Source: Octopus vulgaris
Taxonomy: Eukaryota
Length of the DNA: 64,000 nt
Assembly: GCA_951406725.2 (NCBI GenBank)
Contig: OX597825.1
Coordinates: forward strand, 49,290,001 to 49,354,000
Direction of reading: 5' to 3'
Shown piece after piece: positions 15,118 through 29,619 of the stretch. Made by a program: the position numbers and the translations under genes. The notes under the pieces were generated by a model. The model made no database searches, was not told where the DNA came from, and saw only the letters and a list, made by a program, of their open reading frames with translations. Every line of letters starts with the position of its first letter. Position 1 is the stretch's first letter.

Positions 15118-15784
15118 AATATGATGGTACGTGTTAATATTGATATAGGACAGTTTGGGCGAGAGTGCTAATTCAGTAGTGCGTAGTTGATACAATCTCA
15201 ATGTTTTTGAAAATGCCATCAACTCTCTAAACAAGCATGCCCCACCTTCTCTTTCTGACTTCTCTTTTTATACTATATTTTGTTCACTCTTTGTGTCCTT
15301 CACTTCCTACTGACCATGTTTTTTCATCTTTCATTTCATTTCAACTATTTATTTAATGTATGTATTCATTCATTCTATTATTCACCTCTAAATTAATACT
15401 AGAATGGTCAACTTATCGCTCTTTGGAAATTGGTTCAATTTTCATTGGACGCCAACTTGTTTGACAAACCTATTTTACTATTCTATTCATCCGACGTTTC
15501 TGTGTTGTTTTTTCAGCTTTGTTACTTTATTGTATGCATATACTGCAAGTTCGTCTGATTTCGTGACTATTGCTCACTTGGAGTAAATTATGAATGGCAA
15601 CATGCTGAAAACATCTGTTACCTGTGGATATGTAAAGAACCAACATAACTTTTGTCCTAGTGATTGTGCTTTCAAACAACTTGTATCATTCTGAGTATTA
15701 GTCTGTTAGTTCCCGTATCAGGACCCTTATATATATATGGCTACCGACACGCATATATTATATAGGTCTACCTTTTATCTTTTA

Positions 15785-15975
15785 TTTGTTTCAATCCTTA
15801 GACTGCGCCCATGCTGGGGAAGCATCTTCAAGAATTTTAGTCGAAAGAGCCGACCCAAGTACTTACTTTTTAAAACCTAGTACTTATTGTGTCGATGACG
15901 TCTGATGAACTGTTAAGTTACGGGAACGTAAGCACACCCAAAATGGTTGTGAAGCTATAGCAGGGGGCAAACACA
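15785..15975 (-). mobile_element. SINE 3' portion (same family as 7828-7995)
   Basis: Reverse-complement similarity to 7828-7995 (catgctgg, ttagtcga, taagttacggg..cgtaa). Confidence 0.55.
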
Positions 15976-18059
15976 GATTCAAAGACACACACATGTATGT
16001 ATAGAGACGCACACACATACACACACAGATAGAAAGACAGACAGACAGACAGCAGACAGGCAGACAGATAGATAGCTACAGTTCTCTATTACTTGTAATA
16101 AAGAAAATAGCACAGATGTTTTTTAAACATCAGTTTGAAATGTATGCTTTAATAAACTTAAATAAATAAACATTTGTTAATTATCAACAGAACCAATTCT
16201 GCATACCCTTCATTCCAGTCGCATTAAGTAATGAAACTCTAATGTGGAAATATGTTGTTAAACTAGTCTGCCGGATCATCTCTATCGAATAGCACAACAT
16301 ACCTAGCAATGGTGTAAAATTTGTAAAGGATTCAGACACACAAAAATGACAGAAATACAGAAATTTATGATTTATGATCCAAGAATCTGATGATAACTTA
16401 GTGCTGTAGGGCGCGCACAAAACACATACACGCACACATACACACACACACACACCAACACACACACACACACACACATACACACACACGTACACACACG
16501 TACACACACAGATACATACACGCATGCATGCTTTCACACACAATTTACTTGTTGGAATTCTTGATGTATATGTTGAGTTATTTATTGATAATAATGAGGT
16601 ACTTAAGCAGATACTTATAATCACATATTACCATCAATTACAGGCAGAGGATTAAATCTACTCCATGGAAAACCCGAGGGATGAAAGGAAAAGTTGACTC
16701 TGACGTGATTTCATTTGTAGAAAAAAATACTTTAAAGTTATCTAAAGAAGCGCTTGTAGCTGTTTGACTGATTTTTTACTGTTTATGTTACACAGTAAGT
16801 CAGTTAAAACAAATCATCATATTGCCTTCTTCAGACGAGACTCAAGGCTCTAAATGTGATCTTACAATGTTAATTGAATTTAGATCAAATGCAGTTTAGA
16901 AGTGAAATAACATTAAAATAAAATAGTATAGAAGCATCACTTTCTGAAAGGGAAGTTATTTACATAGTTTAAAGTAACTCGAATTGGAACTAGAGAAGAA
17001 CGCGAAATATTGTACTTTGCAGAGCAAATCTGAAAATCTCATTGTGAACTGAGGGAACTTAATAATTCATGTTGAGTGAAACTATCACTTTATTTTTAGA
17101 AGTTTAAGTAATTTGTAGAGACAAGATCAAGGTTTTTCACAAGAATGTGAAGAATAGACAAGTCCATTATATACAAGTTTTGTATATATTAATTAAATTC
17201 ACAATGTCGTATAAGCTTGCTTGCGGGCAGGAAAAGGAGAGATTTAGGACTTTTGACAAGTCGCTGTGTGAAGAGATAAAACGTCTGTTGTCTCTACTTC
17301 CCCTATCAAATTGTCTTATATCACTTTAATAAGGATTCAAACGTTTTTATTTGCCGATGCTAGTGATCATTATTTTCCTTGAAATTTTTTTTAACACACC
17401 TTTAATTGCGAAGCGGTAAAGTTATATAGGAAAGTTTGCATAAAAACGACGAGATAAAAACAAGAACATAAGGTTTTCGTTTAGTTGAAGAAATGTACAG
17501 AAGAGGTATATGTTAAGTGGACTTTTTGTATAACAGCAGCTATAAACATTTTAACGGCACTAGAGTGTTAAAATGAAAAATAAATAAAAACAATCTATCA
17601 TGTAATATTATTTGTAGTACTGAATAAATGACTAATTATTTAATTTGATAGTGCGATATATAGATATTATTTTCATATTACACGAATATATCGACAATAT
17701 CGTACGTTTAATCTGAATCTTGAAAATATCAGTTTGTTGGTCCCTCTTATAAAACATTAACAAAAAGACAACGGCCGAAAAAATATCAGTAGAAATAAAG
17801 CCAGCTGTCTCATAATTCAGTTGTTATGCGTTTGAAAGAGTAATACATTTGAACTGTGTGCATAAAATATGTAGGGACACAGATCAACTTAATTAATAAG
17901 TGAGATGCACAATGTTGTAGTCCATTAATGACCAAAGAGTACTGAACTTATCTAACTTATACAGGTTAGATGACTAACCTGTATAACAACATGATGTTTT
18001 CTAAAGGAGGATCGTTATTTGTTGTCAACATTAGAAGTCAGTGCATGACAAGAACAGAT

Positions 18060-20030
18060 ATTTTATTTATTCTCGACAATCAAACCTTATTTTTGTATCT
18101 TTAGAGAGCAATATTGAAGAAAACAAACACGATTAAAATGGAAATTATATTAAATAGCTTCGTGTGCCCTACTATGTACCAAGTTATGTTGTACTAATTT
18201 TTATCCTCCTCCAGTCTCCATACAAAATCGGCCAAAGATGTTGTATATCTCTTATTGATTGTCTTAAAGCTGGCGAAATGGTTACGATAACGATTCTTAA
18301 ATGAATCAGCCGTCTTCCCAATAAAAACAAGATTTGTGCTCATACAGAGGTTCATCAATAAGCATTTTGAATTTTCGCTGCATGAGCATTTATCATATTT
18401 ATTTGTATATAAGGCAGTTCTAACTCCATTGTCCGATGTTGTGAGCTGTATCATAAGCATTTCATTTCTTCTATTACAATTTGGCCGTGATTGGTGCTTT
18501 CCATTGTTAATATTCAGATGTGTATGTTCGCTAGATCCAGGAAGTAGGCTATTGAACCTTTGCCGTATTTTACTATTGTATGTGATGCATAAGCTGCTCT
18601 AAATTAGCAGAGTTAGCATAGGGTACCTTCACGGCATGTCGATTAAAAGTAGCATGATACCGATTAGATTTGTCCAAAGCAGCAAAAAACTTTCCAGCGA
18701 TCTTGGTTGAAACATGCGAACCGAAAATCGGGTTAAACCAGAAGACATCATGATTCCTATATCGGTTGTTAGGCTTATTTGATCGAGTGTATGGCACAGG
18801 CGAAGAACAATTTACAGTTTTACAAGCAGTTGGATTATTATGTCGCTTGTGTCTATGAGTTTTCGTTGGTAGTTCATTGTCTTGACCGATTCTTCCTGGC
18901 CTGTATTCTCTATCTGAGTCAGTTCCCAAACGGTGACGTTGTGATTATTTACAATGTGAATAGAAATTGGATGAAATACCAGTGTTGTGAATGCCTGCTT
19001 CTTGTATATATTGAATTGTTTCACGGTACTCATCCCAAGCTAAAGCAGTAATATTATAACTTGCATATGATTCGAAAATTTTATTATTAGTGGATAATCT
19101 AGAAATTCTTGTAGAAATATTCATAACTAATCTTATTGAGGGTGGATGGTTGGATATACTACATTAGTGTACTTGATATGATCATTTAGCTTATGAAATG
19201 GTTCAAATAATCCAGTATCAAGACTGAAGGTAGCGTTAAGAAAATTCAGTCGACGATAATCCTTTCCCATAGTAATGTTTAGTCTTAATCTTTTTTTTAA
19301 TCTAAAGAAATGTTTCCTATGCATTTCAACTGTACTTTGCTACTTCCGCCCAGAACAAATAAGGCGTCATCTCTATATAGAGTCCCTGTTACTTTCGGAA
19401 AGGGAAAATGGATTAATGAAGGGATATATATTCCGACTAGGTTTGTGACCGAGCAGAGAGTTATATGTCCCCATTCCTATATCAAAAGCATTCTCCCTGT
19501 CTAATCTATTCAATAATCTACAATAAAAATCTATTAAAGTGGCTCGAGCAATAAGTACAATATCTATTTAACGTTGGGACAAATTGGAATTCCTCATGCT
19601 ATAAATCAGTGCTTGATTAAGGACGATCGCGTTAATAGTGGAATAATAGCTGTCTAAATCTAGTTGCAAGAATTTACTATTCTTACTAATTTCTTGAAGC
19701 TTAAACCATCCAACCACCTCTTGGATATCTGATCATAGGGCTAATATAATTTTACTCTTAAGGTGGGTATTACTCTATCATGATTATTTTTACTAATAAT
19801 GCCTGTATCAGAATAAGAAGGATAAATCAGTCTGAGGGTGTCAATAAGAAAGTTAGGTTTATGGTCCTTAAGCATAATCCGGTATTTTCTAGGGGCGTAT
19901 GGATCGGTTCAATAATCCATAGCTCAATATCTAACGATTTGTAATCCCGTATTTTTAATTCTTAATACGTCGTTACTCTCACGTCTATATTTGCTGTGTA
20001 ATTCCTTCCTAATCATTGACTATTATAACT
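18060..20030 (-). mobile_element. Penelope-like element (RT + GIY-YIG), degenerate
   Basis: Minus strand: LQLDLDSYYSTIN, MGTYNS, LYRDDAL (RT); NFLNATFSLDTGLFEPFHK and WFNPIFGSHVSTKIAGKFF (thumb); VFIGKTADSFKNRYRNH...TTSLADFVWRL (GIY-YIG). Confidence 0.88.
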
Positions 20031-20059
20031 CAATATCAACAATGTTACTTACTGTTTTT

Positions 20060-20450
20060 TCTGAGACCCGCGGAAGCGTTAGCCCGTCGGGTAAATACTT
20101 AGCTGCATTTCGTCCGTCTTTATGTTGTGAACTCAAATTCGCAGAGGTCGCCAATGTTTTTATTCTTTCGGGGTCGATGAAATAAATGCCAGTTGATTAG
20201 TGGGGTTCATGTAATCGACTTACCACTCCCCAAACTTTCTGGCCTTGTGCCGACATTTGAAACCAATATATATGCGTCGAGCAAAACGCTTAGCGGCATT
20301 TCGTTTGTCTTTGCGTGCTGAGCTCAAATTCCGACGAGGTCGACTTCGCATTTCATTCTTTCAGGTTCGATAAAATAAGGACCAGCTGATCACTGGGATC
20401 GATTTATCCCTCCGCCAAAATTACTGACCTTGTGCCAAAGTTTGAAACCA

Positions 20451-20452
<2 letters not shown>
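20060..20452 (+). mobile_element. Two tandem tRNA-derived SINEs with Nin/Deu-like central domain
   Basis: Repeated unit cttagc.gcatttcgt...ctcaaattc...gaggtcg...cattctttc.gg.tcgat.aaataa...ccag...ccttgtgcc...tttgaaaccaat. A reverse copy lies at 56210-56418. Confidence 0.7.
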
Positions 20453-20492
<40 letters not shown>

Positions 20493-20796
20493 ATGCAAAA
20501 CCAAGTATTATCTCATTGATAAACATACATGGATATCCTTTGAACTGCGTTCAGATAAAAAGACTATATTCAGTGGATTGAGTCGTAGCATAGGCTAAGT
20601 TCAATCACATTTCTATCTATCTTATGTAGGATATACAATAATTTTACAACTATATTGAGAATAATATTAGGTAATATTTCTCAAAATATGTTGATATCAT
20701 ATGAAAGCAACAATTATATGTATTTAGGAATTCAGTTATCCACATTACACTCTTCCTCATTTTCTGACTCTTTCTCTTTCTCTTTTCCTCTGAATT

Positions 20797-21058
20797 TCGA
20801 TGTTTTCAATATGTATGAGTGTCCATGTTTTTGCGTATGACTATGTATCACTATATGCGTATATGAGTGCATCTTTATATGTGTAGTATGTATACTACAT
20901 ATATTTACACACACATACACACACATTTATATGTATATATATCTATAGAAATATATGAAGTATACATACTACACATATAAAGATGCACTTATATACACGT
21001 ATAGGTATACATACTCATATGCAAAGACATGGACACTCATACATATTGACAACATCGA
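20797..21058. repeat. Inverted repeat, ~110-bp arms, ~40-bp microsatellite spacer
   Basis: 20797-20906 is approximately 90% identical (by eye) to the reverse complement of 20949-21058. Confidence 0.9.
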
Positions 21059-21059
21059 G

Positions 21060-21268
21060 ATTGACATCATTCACAATAATTAATTGCTAGCCACAAAATA
21101 TTCTATTTTCTCTCACTGTTTATTTCTGTGTTCCATTCTGTTGAACAGCGTACGCTCGAAACGTAAAGACTTCCTCACTTCCCGAGCGTCAAACTAATAC
21201 ATATGTTTGTTGTTTACACATCTGCCTTTGTCGTTTGTTTTGTTTGATTTTTGTAATTTCCAACTATG
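21060..21268 (+). mobile_element. Solo Penelope pseudo-LTR with degenerate hammerhead remnant
   Basis: ctgttgaacagcgtacgctcGAAACgta...ctaatacat...caactat is homologous to the reverse complement of 25561-25720, the 3' end of the PLE at 25.5-27 kb. Confidence 0.6.
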
Positions 21269-21335
21269 TATGTATATAAGTATGTACGTATGTATGTATA
21301 TATGTATATATATATATATTATACATATACACATG

Positions 21336-21374
<39 letters not shown>

Positions 21375-21443
21375 ACCACATATATTTATATACGTGTGTG
21401 TATATATGTATATAGATACATTATATATATATATTTATATACG

Positions 21444-21486
<43 letters not shown>

Positions 21487-21606
21487 ATATATATGTATAT
21501 ATACCTACACACACAAATATATATATATATAAATGTGCGAGAGTGTGTGTATGTGTATGCATTTATATTTATATGTGGGTATGTACACGTGTATGCACTT
21601 ATATGT

Positions 21607-21968
21607 TGTTACCAATGAACTTTATTGTCTGATATTATCATTGTTCAGAATGACGTTGATCACTGTTTGCAATAATTCCGGGAGTCCGTAACTGCAGGAA
21701 TTGGGCACCTCTGTAGATCTCGTAGAGAAGTTAGTGTTCGCCGAGAGGTTGAGGGGCTATGCCACGTGACGTCATATGACGGATAATTACTCACTTATCT
21801 GGCACAACCTCTCACCTCACCACGACCTATATTGTGTTCGCCCTTTCTTGCATTTGCTCAGCTATTCACCTCGACACAGCTGACATATCACTCCGTCAAC
21901 ACGTCCTTCCGATGTTCTGTATGAGGTTGGTATATCGCAACTGAATACTTCAAATATGGAATGTTACA
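21607..21968 (-). mobile_element. Putative solo LTR (~360 bp)
   Basis: GC-richer island. The minus strand starts TGTAACA and ends AATAAAgttcattggTAACA. No clean TSD found. Confidence 0.45.
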
Positions 21969-23765
21969 CGTATATCATATATGAAAGCTATGGCATGAAG
22001 TGGGAATGGAATGGTGGTACTAACATAGAGAAGGATGTTAGAACTATGACCTTTCAGACAGTATTGATATTCCTTTAAAGAGGAATAATAGGCTGATATA
22101 TCTGTGATTGCTGTCATAACATCCCGCAGTTTCTTTCACTATCAAAGCTTTTTACCTTTTCATGATGTTGTCACAGCATCAGATAATATGAAATATTGCA
22201 GAATTATAACTGAAATACAATTAGTCAAGAATAAGTGCAAGACGTAATTAAGAGAGCAGTTATATTATTTATATTATTTGACATTGATTTTAACCATTCT
22301 TGCTTCATATCGATTCAATTATTATAAAATTAACACTTTACAATTAACTCTTTGACATGGTTTCATTCTACATAACAATATAAGTTTCTTGATAAATGTA
22401 TGAACATTACGTAATTCCATTCTTCAACGTAAAATTATAGATAGCCCAAGGACGGTTTTACATTTGGCAGAATCTAGTTGACGTTTATGGGATTCATAAC
22501 TGTTTTACAAGGATTAATAAGAAGGGTAGGTAGGGTGTTTATGTTTATGTGACTACTGAAGTCAAACTCCATAAGATGGATGAACATATCTACCCAGAAT
22601 TTCTAAAATGCCAGAACATTTTGTGAATTGAACTTCTGTGTATGAACGAAAGTCCAAAAGAAATTGAAAACATTGAATTTTAAATCCAATTCAAATTAAA
22701 TACAATGGGAAGCGATGTTTTAAATTGAGAAACGACTTGTCACAAATAGTGCAAATCTGATTACTGAAAAAGTGTATTTCCGGCAAAATGTCTTCTTCAA
22801 TAAACTGGTATTAGTCACTGATGTAATATCGAAGAATCATATTCATTTCAGTAAAAATAGCGATAAATGAAACCATCGATAATTTATAAGATATTATCTT
22901 AATGGGTCTAAATATAATTCACGTCATAAATTAGGAAGTATAGTTTGATTTTCAAAAATTTATATCTTCATGATAAATATTAACGGTAGCAGTATTTCAG
23001 ATTAATAGTTATATTTCAGCGAGGTGTCAAACTACGAGAAAATGTTTGAAAAAGAGACTAGAAAATTGAAAAAAATATACTGAATAATTATGACGACGAA
23101 ATGGAGGTAGAGTGACAATATCAAATCATCGAGATAATAATACAATTTCAGAAATTACATGTGCAGAAGGAAATTTTCCAGGTAACCTTTGCTGTTACGG
23201 TTTGCAGATAAAGTACAGATAGTACAACATCTAGGTGAAGGAATAGAAATCGTCTTTGGTAGGATATCGCGCTTTTGAACACGGTACCAATACCTTATTA
23301 TTCGTAAATAGAAGCGAATTATTTCTGGGAAGACATTATTTCTTCGATGAAACAGCAAATTTAACAGTAAATATATATCACAAATGAAATTCATTAATAA
23401 CAGGCCAGTTGGCTTTCTGTGTTGCGCTCAAATGTTCCCATAAGCACTGTTTGGAATGGAGTTCATCATCGTATTACCATTTCTTTCCATATACAATACT
23501 GTCAAACTTGCCTTTGTAAATTTAAAATATGTATATATGTATGTATTTCTGTATGTACGTATGTATGTTTTGAGTGCCTATTTAAAAAACATTACCTAAC
23601 AGCTGATTTCCGTGTCTTTTTTGGAGATGAATTTGCCCCATCATAAACACCAATAAAGTGTAGGGTTTTCAGACGGCTCATTGTACTTCTGACTTCACAA
23701 AAATGTTATTAGCAACAAATTAGTGTCTATCTAGAGTCCCAATTTTTATTTAATACAAATGTTTA

Positions 23766-24147
23766 TCTCTCTATATATAAACGGCAGTTTGTCTGTGCGT
23801 TTTCTGTGTGTCTGTTTTCTCGTACCCTCACTCTGACCACGGCTTTCAACCGATTCTGATGAAACTTGACACACACATAGCCCAATGTCATAATTCAAAA
23901 CTAACGCAGCGAAAATTTTGAAAAGTTCTCCCAGTTCTGAAAAAAATCGATAAATTCGACATGGGGTCGAGAATTAGAAACCCAAACCACAGACCGTCTA
24001 GGGGACGCAACTCCACCTTTTTTAACTAAAAAAAAATTTACCATAATTTTTTTTCCATTTTTTTGCTATTTTTTGGCTATAACTCTCTAAAAATGCTTTA
24101 TAGTTATTTCCCTTACAAACCTGAGCAACGCCGGGCGATACTGCTAG
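23766..24147 (+). mobile_element. Non-autonomous Helitron (~380 bp)
   Basis: A|TCTCTCTATATATAAA 5' end, subterminal hairpin cctgagcaacgccggg, and CTAG|T 3' end, i.e. inserted in an AT dinucleotide. Confidence 0.8.
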
Positions 24148-24483
24148 TTAAGAATACAGATAGGTTGTATCTCGGAAAACCTAACTGACTGCGTAATGAT
24201 ATATTATGAAAGGCTCTCATACTTGTAAACCCGCATAACAAATGTAAATACTAAAGCATTTTCTGCAGTTACATTCATAAAAGTAGAACAGACTATTGGC
24301 GCACAGTTTAGTTCTATTATCATTCCGTCGTAGATAGTAATATACTCAGATTTATGCTATTTTATTGTGTTAAACGTGATAATCATCAAATTGAGTATTA
24401 TTTGCATTACATAATCCACAGGCAAATTTATATGGCATAAAACCACTAAATGCATACTGATTTATGTAGTGTATATATGTATG

Positions 24484-24545
<62 letters not shown>

Positions 24546-24800
24546 CATATACACATACACATACATGTATATATATCAGCAGTGTAACTACACGCAACCT
24601 GTTGGCGATTCCTTCTTGTCTTCCTTCTTTGGACTTTCCCTTTCTCCTTTCCGACGTTAAACTCTCTCCTTTCTTATGCATCGGCCTTACATTCATTGTT
24701 TTTGTCCTTTTTTTTCATTTTTATCCGTTTAAAGGAACTGTTTGTTTATTTGAACTGACTACATTTTTGTGTTTGTGTATATATATATGTGTGTATGTAT

Positions 24801-24848
<48 letters not shown>

Positions 24849-25500
24849 TGTGTTTTTACTGAGATCACCCTTTTAGTAGAAGGAATAGCTATATCTCTTT
24901 GACTGCTATTTCTAAATTCGGTGTGTTGGTGAGGCAATTCGTTGCTAAACCCTTAATTACTTAGTATTACTTATATATATATATATATATATATATACAT
25001 ACATTATGACGACGAAATGGAGGTAGAGTGACAATATCAAATCATCGAGATAATAACGCAATTTCAGATACATATATGTATGTATGTATGTAAGCACACA
25101 CACACATGCACGCACATGTATATATAATTTATAGATGTGAGGTAGATATTTTCTTCATAGAAAAACCTTCGTTTTGCTCAAGAAGTTAAAACATGGACAG
25201 GTAGAGGAGTAAATGGAAGAATAAGCAAGTTAAGCAATCAATATACAAAAATACTAAATACGTTTAAAACAAAAAATGTGGATATGATTACTTATAAATC
25301 GACCCGACTTACATCGAAAAGAAATGATATCAGGAATTAAAGGGATTGACTAAGAGATTTACAAGTCCAACAGCTGTTTCTGGGAGATTGGTGGTGCAAA
25401 ATAACGATTGGAAATTGATTCCATCATCGATAAATACGAGCCTACGTCAACGGAGAAGAAATTTACATTTGAGGTATTGACAGAAAAGAAATTAAAGATG

Positions 25501-25560
<60 letters not shown>

Positions 25561-25566
<6 letters not shown>

Positions 25567-26996
25567 GAAATTTACAGGAAAACAAGAGACGAAGACAGGT
25601 GTATGAACAAGAAGCAGGTGTATTAATTTGATGCTCATGAAGGTGAGAAAGTCTTTTACGTTTCGAGCCTATATTCTGCACCACAAAAGAATGCGAGAAA
25701 ATAAACAGAAAGAATAAAAAACGTGTGGATTTAGTGGTCACGCATGTTGACAGGTAAGAAAAAAAGGGTTTCACAGGAGAGGTAGAAAGAAGGGGAAATA
25801 ATAATGTATTTAGTTATCCCACAATGCGCGCGTGCGTTTGTGTATGTGATAATGTGTAAGTGCGTGTGGATAAGGGTTAGTAACTTTATCGTGTGTTAGG
25901 GTGTGCGTCTGTTATGTGTAGGTGTGCGGATGATGATGTGTGGTGTGGATGCTGGGAAGTGGTCTGTGCTAGTGTGTGACGATTGCGTGGGGAGTGTGTG
26001 GGTGGAGGGTGTATAAATGAAGAGAGAATGTGGGTAGAAATAAAGAGAGGAAGTAGGTGTCAGAAGAAGGGAGGAGAGGAGAGGTGGGTAGGAGTTAAGT
26101 GAGGAAGTAGGTTCCAGTGGAGAGAGGAGAGGAATTGAGTCAGATGAACAGGGAAAGGAATTTTGAGCCCATGAACGTCAAAAACGCGGAGATTAATTCG
26201 TGTTCGTGGCGAAGGTGGGAGTTCGGATGGCCCCTGTTCAAAGACAATACGAACATAGACAATTATTGTAGTGAATGACCAGTAGAGCGGAATTGGTGCG
26301 ACACCGGGATGTCATTGCCGAGTTTGGTGTCTCGGAGGTTCTCCGCGAAAGCGTCAGCCAAGCGGCGTCCCGTTTGACCGATGTACAGAGAAGAGCAGAA
26401 AGAGCAGGAGATGCAGTAAATAACGCTGCTAGAGGTACAGGTAAAGAAGTCGGTGAGTGATAGGGAGGATGATGGGTGCCTGTGAGGAGGTGTTGTTGGA
26501 GAGGTAGGGGCAAGTGCGGCAGCGTGGGTGGGAGCAGGGGAACGAGTCAAGTTGGGATGTGGGGTTAAGGAAGGAAATGTTGATCAGGATATCAAGCAGG
26601 CTGTGGGCTCATTTGAAGGAAGACAGGGGTAGGTTGCGGAAGATATGCAAGGTGGAGTGGTTGGGAATGGAATCGCCGGAAGGCACGGAGAATGGTGCGT
26701 TTGTGGAGCATGTTGGAGGGGTGGTAGCTGACGGAAAATATGATACGGAAAATGGCGGAGCGGGTGCAAGGAGACAGATCAGATGCAGGGTCCTCATAAC
26801 ATGCTGTGAGAAGGACTGTGTGGGTACTGGTGAGAAGATATCTACGAAGGACGAATTGGCGATGCATGAGTTGAGACTCGGTCACAAAGTTGAGGTTGTC
26901 TCTGTAGATCCTATGCAGACGGATGAATTGGGAGTAGGGGATGGAGAGCTTGAATTCAAAAATACATGGTTCGATACTGGACGAAAGTGCGCTTGA
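25561..26996 (-). mobile_element. 5'-truncated Penelope-like element (Cys-containing GIY-YIG, Neptune-like) with 3' pseudo-LTR
   Basis: FTCTSSSVIYCISCSFCSSLYIGQTGRRLADAFAENLRD...PVSHQF (26263-26550); upstream thumb remnant; 3' end has ggctcGAAACgta and abuts (TA)n. Confidence 0.88.
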
Positions 26997-27854
26997 CCCT
27001 CTGGTCGATAACTGACATTCTGCGTTTTCCGTTCGTCTGTGTATTTAGTATATGTTTGTATGTTTCATAAATTCATTTATACCCATTGGATCTCTCCGTT
27101 TTCAGTATTTGATATTTCATGATATTTTATATAATATATCCATTGAAGAAATATTTTTTTCAAAAAGCAATATATTAAACAAGTGTACCTTGGATAAAAG
27201 TATCACTATGAGACGTCAATATATCTACATAGTGCTTATATGTAAATTTTCTACTCCACCATAAATTCTTAACATACTAAATATTATATACATTTTATAT
27301 AAATTTATATTATATAAATTTTATTTTTAGATTAATATGAAAGATGCATAAAAAGATTTTATGACCGTTCTAATTGATTTGTCCATTTAATATATTTTTC
27401 TATTAGAATTTTCGTTTTGATTTTATAATATATAAAATTATTTACGCTCACGTTTGTAAACATAGGTATATATTAAATCAGACTGTTTTATGATTTAGCC
27501 TTTGTTGGATGAAATTTTTGTCTATTTTTGTGACGAGATTTATATACCTAAACGTGAATTTTTTTGTAAACTCACGAATGGATATGCATCAAAACAAATT
27601 GTAGGATATATGTTTGTTTTAATTATTTGTTATATTATATTATTTTATATTATATTGTAATTGTATCATATCATAATCTTAATAATTTTATGATAAGTCA
27701 GTTGTATTTCTCTATTTCCTTTAATATTAATATATATTGAAATTATACCATTTTATGTCCCGATTTTTTTCTTTACTATATTGTGGTATTTAATTAAAGA
27801 ACCAGTGAAGTTTTCCATCTGTTTGAAGGAAATTATTTTTTCCTTGGATTGAAA

Positions 27855-27858
27855 AATA

Positions 27859-27907
<49 letters not shown>

Positions 27908-27915
27908 TAATAATA

Positions 27916-27946
<31 letters not shown>

Positions 27947-27947
27947 T

Positions 27948-28028
<81 letters not shown>

Positions 28029-28059
28029 AAGAAGAAGAAGAAGAAGAAGAAGAATAAGA

Positions 28060-28060
<1 letters not shown>
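27855..28060. repeat. (TAA)n then (GAA)n microsatellite
   Basis: Direct inspection. Confidence 0.95.
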
Positions 28061-29159
<1,099 letters not shown>

Positions 29160-29404
29160 TATCCTAACACTAATATCCGTCGTAGATTGAGTTATTACTT
29201 TTACTCTTTCACGGGAACCACATTCAAAGTGCTATTATATAGATTTATTCCTCCTGTATGTCTGGATTTTATAATAAGTATAACTGAAGTAGACAAAAAT
29301 ATCAATTTCATCCACAAACGTCTGTTTGTTTATTATATGACAATAATATATGAGTTGTATGTGTTATTTTATATATCAATACAGTAATGGCAATTATATA
29401 ATGC

Positions 29405-29525
29405 AAAAGGCTTTGGTCGGCACCGAGCTGTAATGAAAATGAACTGCCCAACGGGCCGCACATTTAGACTGAACCCAACGCGATATGGTTGCAGAGCAAG
29501 CTTTTCAACCACACAACCACGCCTA
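29405..29525 (-). mobile_element. Degenerate tRNA-SINE head
   Basis: Minus strand aggcgtggttgtgtggtt...gggttcagtc...ttgggcag (A/B-box-like); related copy at 55203-55360. Confidence 0.5.
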
Positions 29526-29619
29526 TAAAGGAATGATACATTTTGGAAAATATACTTCTTGATACAATATGCTTAACGAAAATATAAAATATTTACGAGG
29601 AGAGGACCTATGATTTTAA

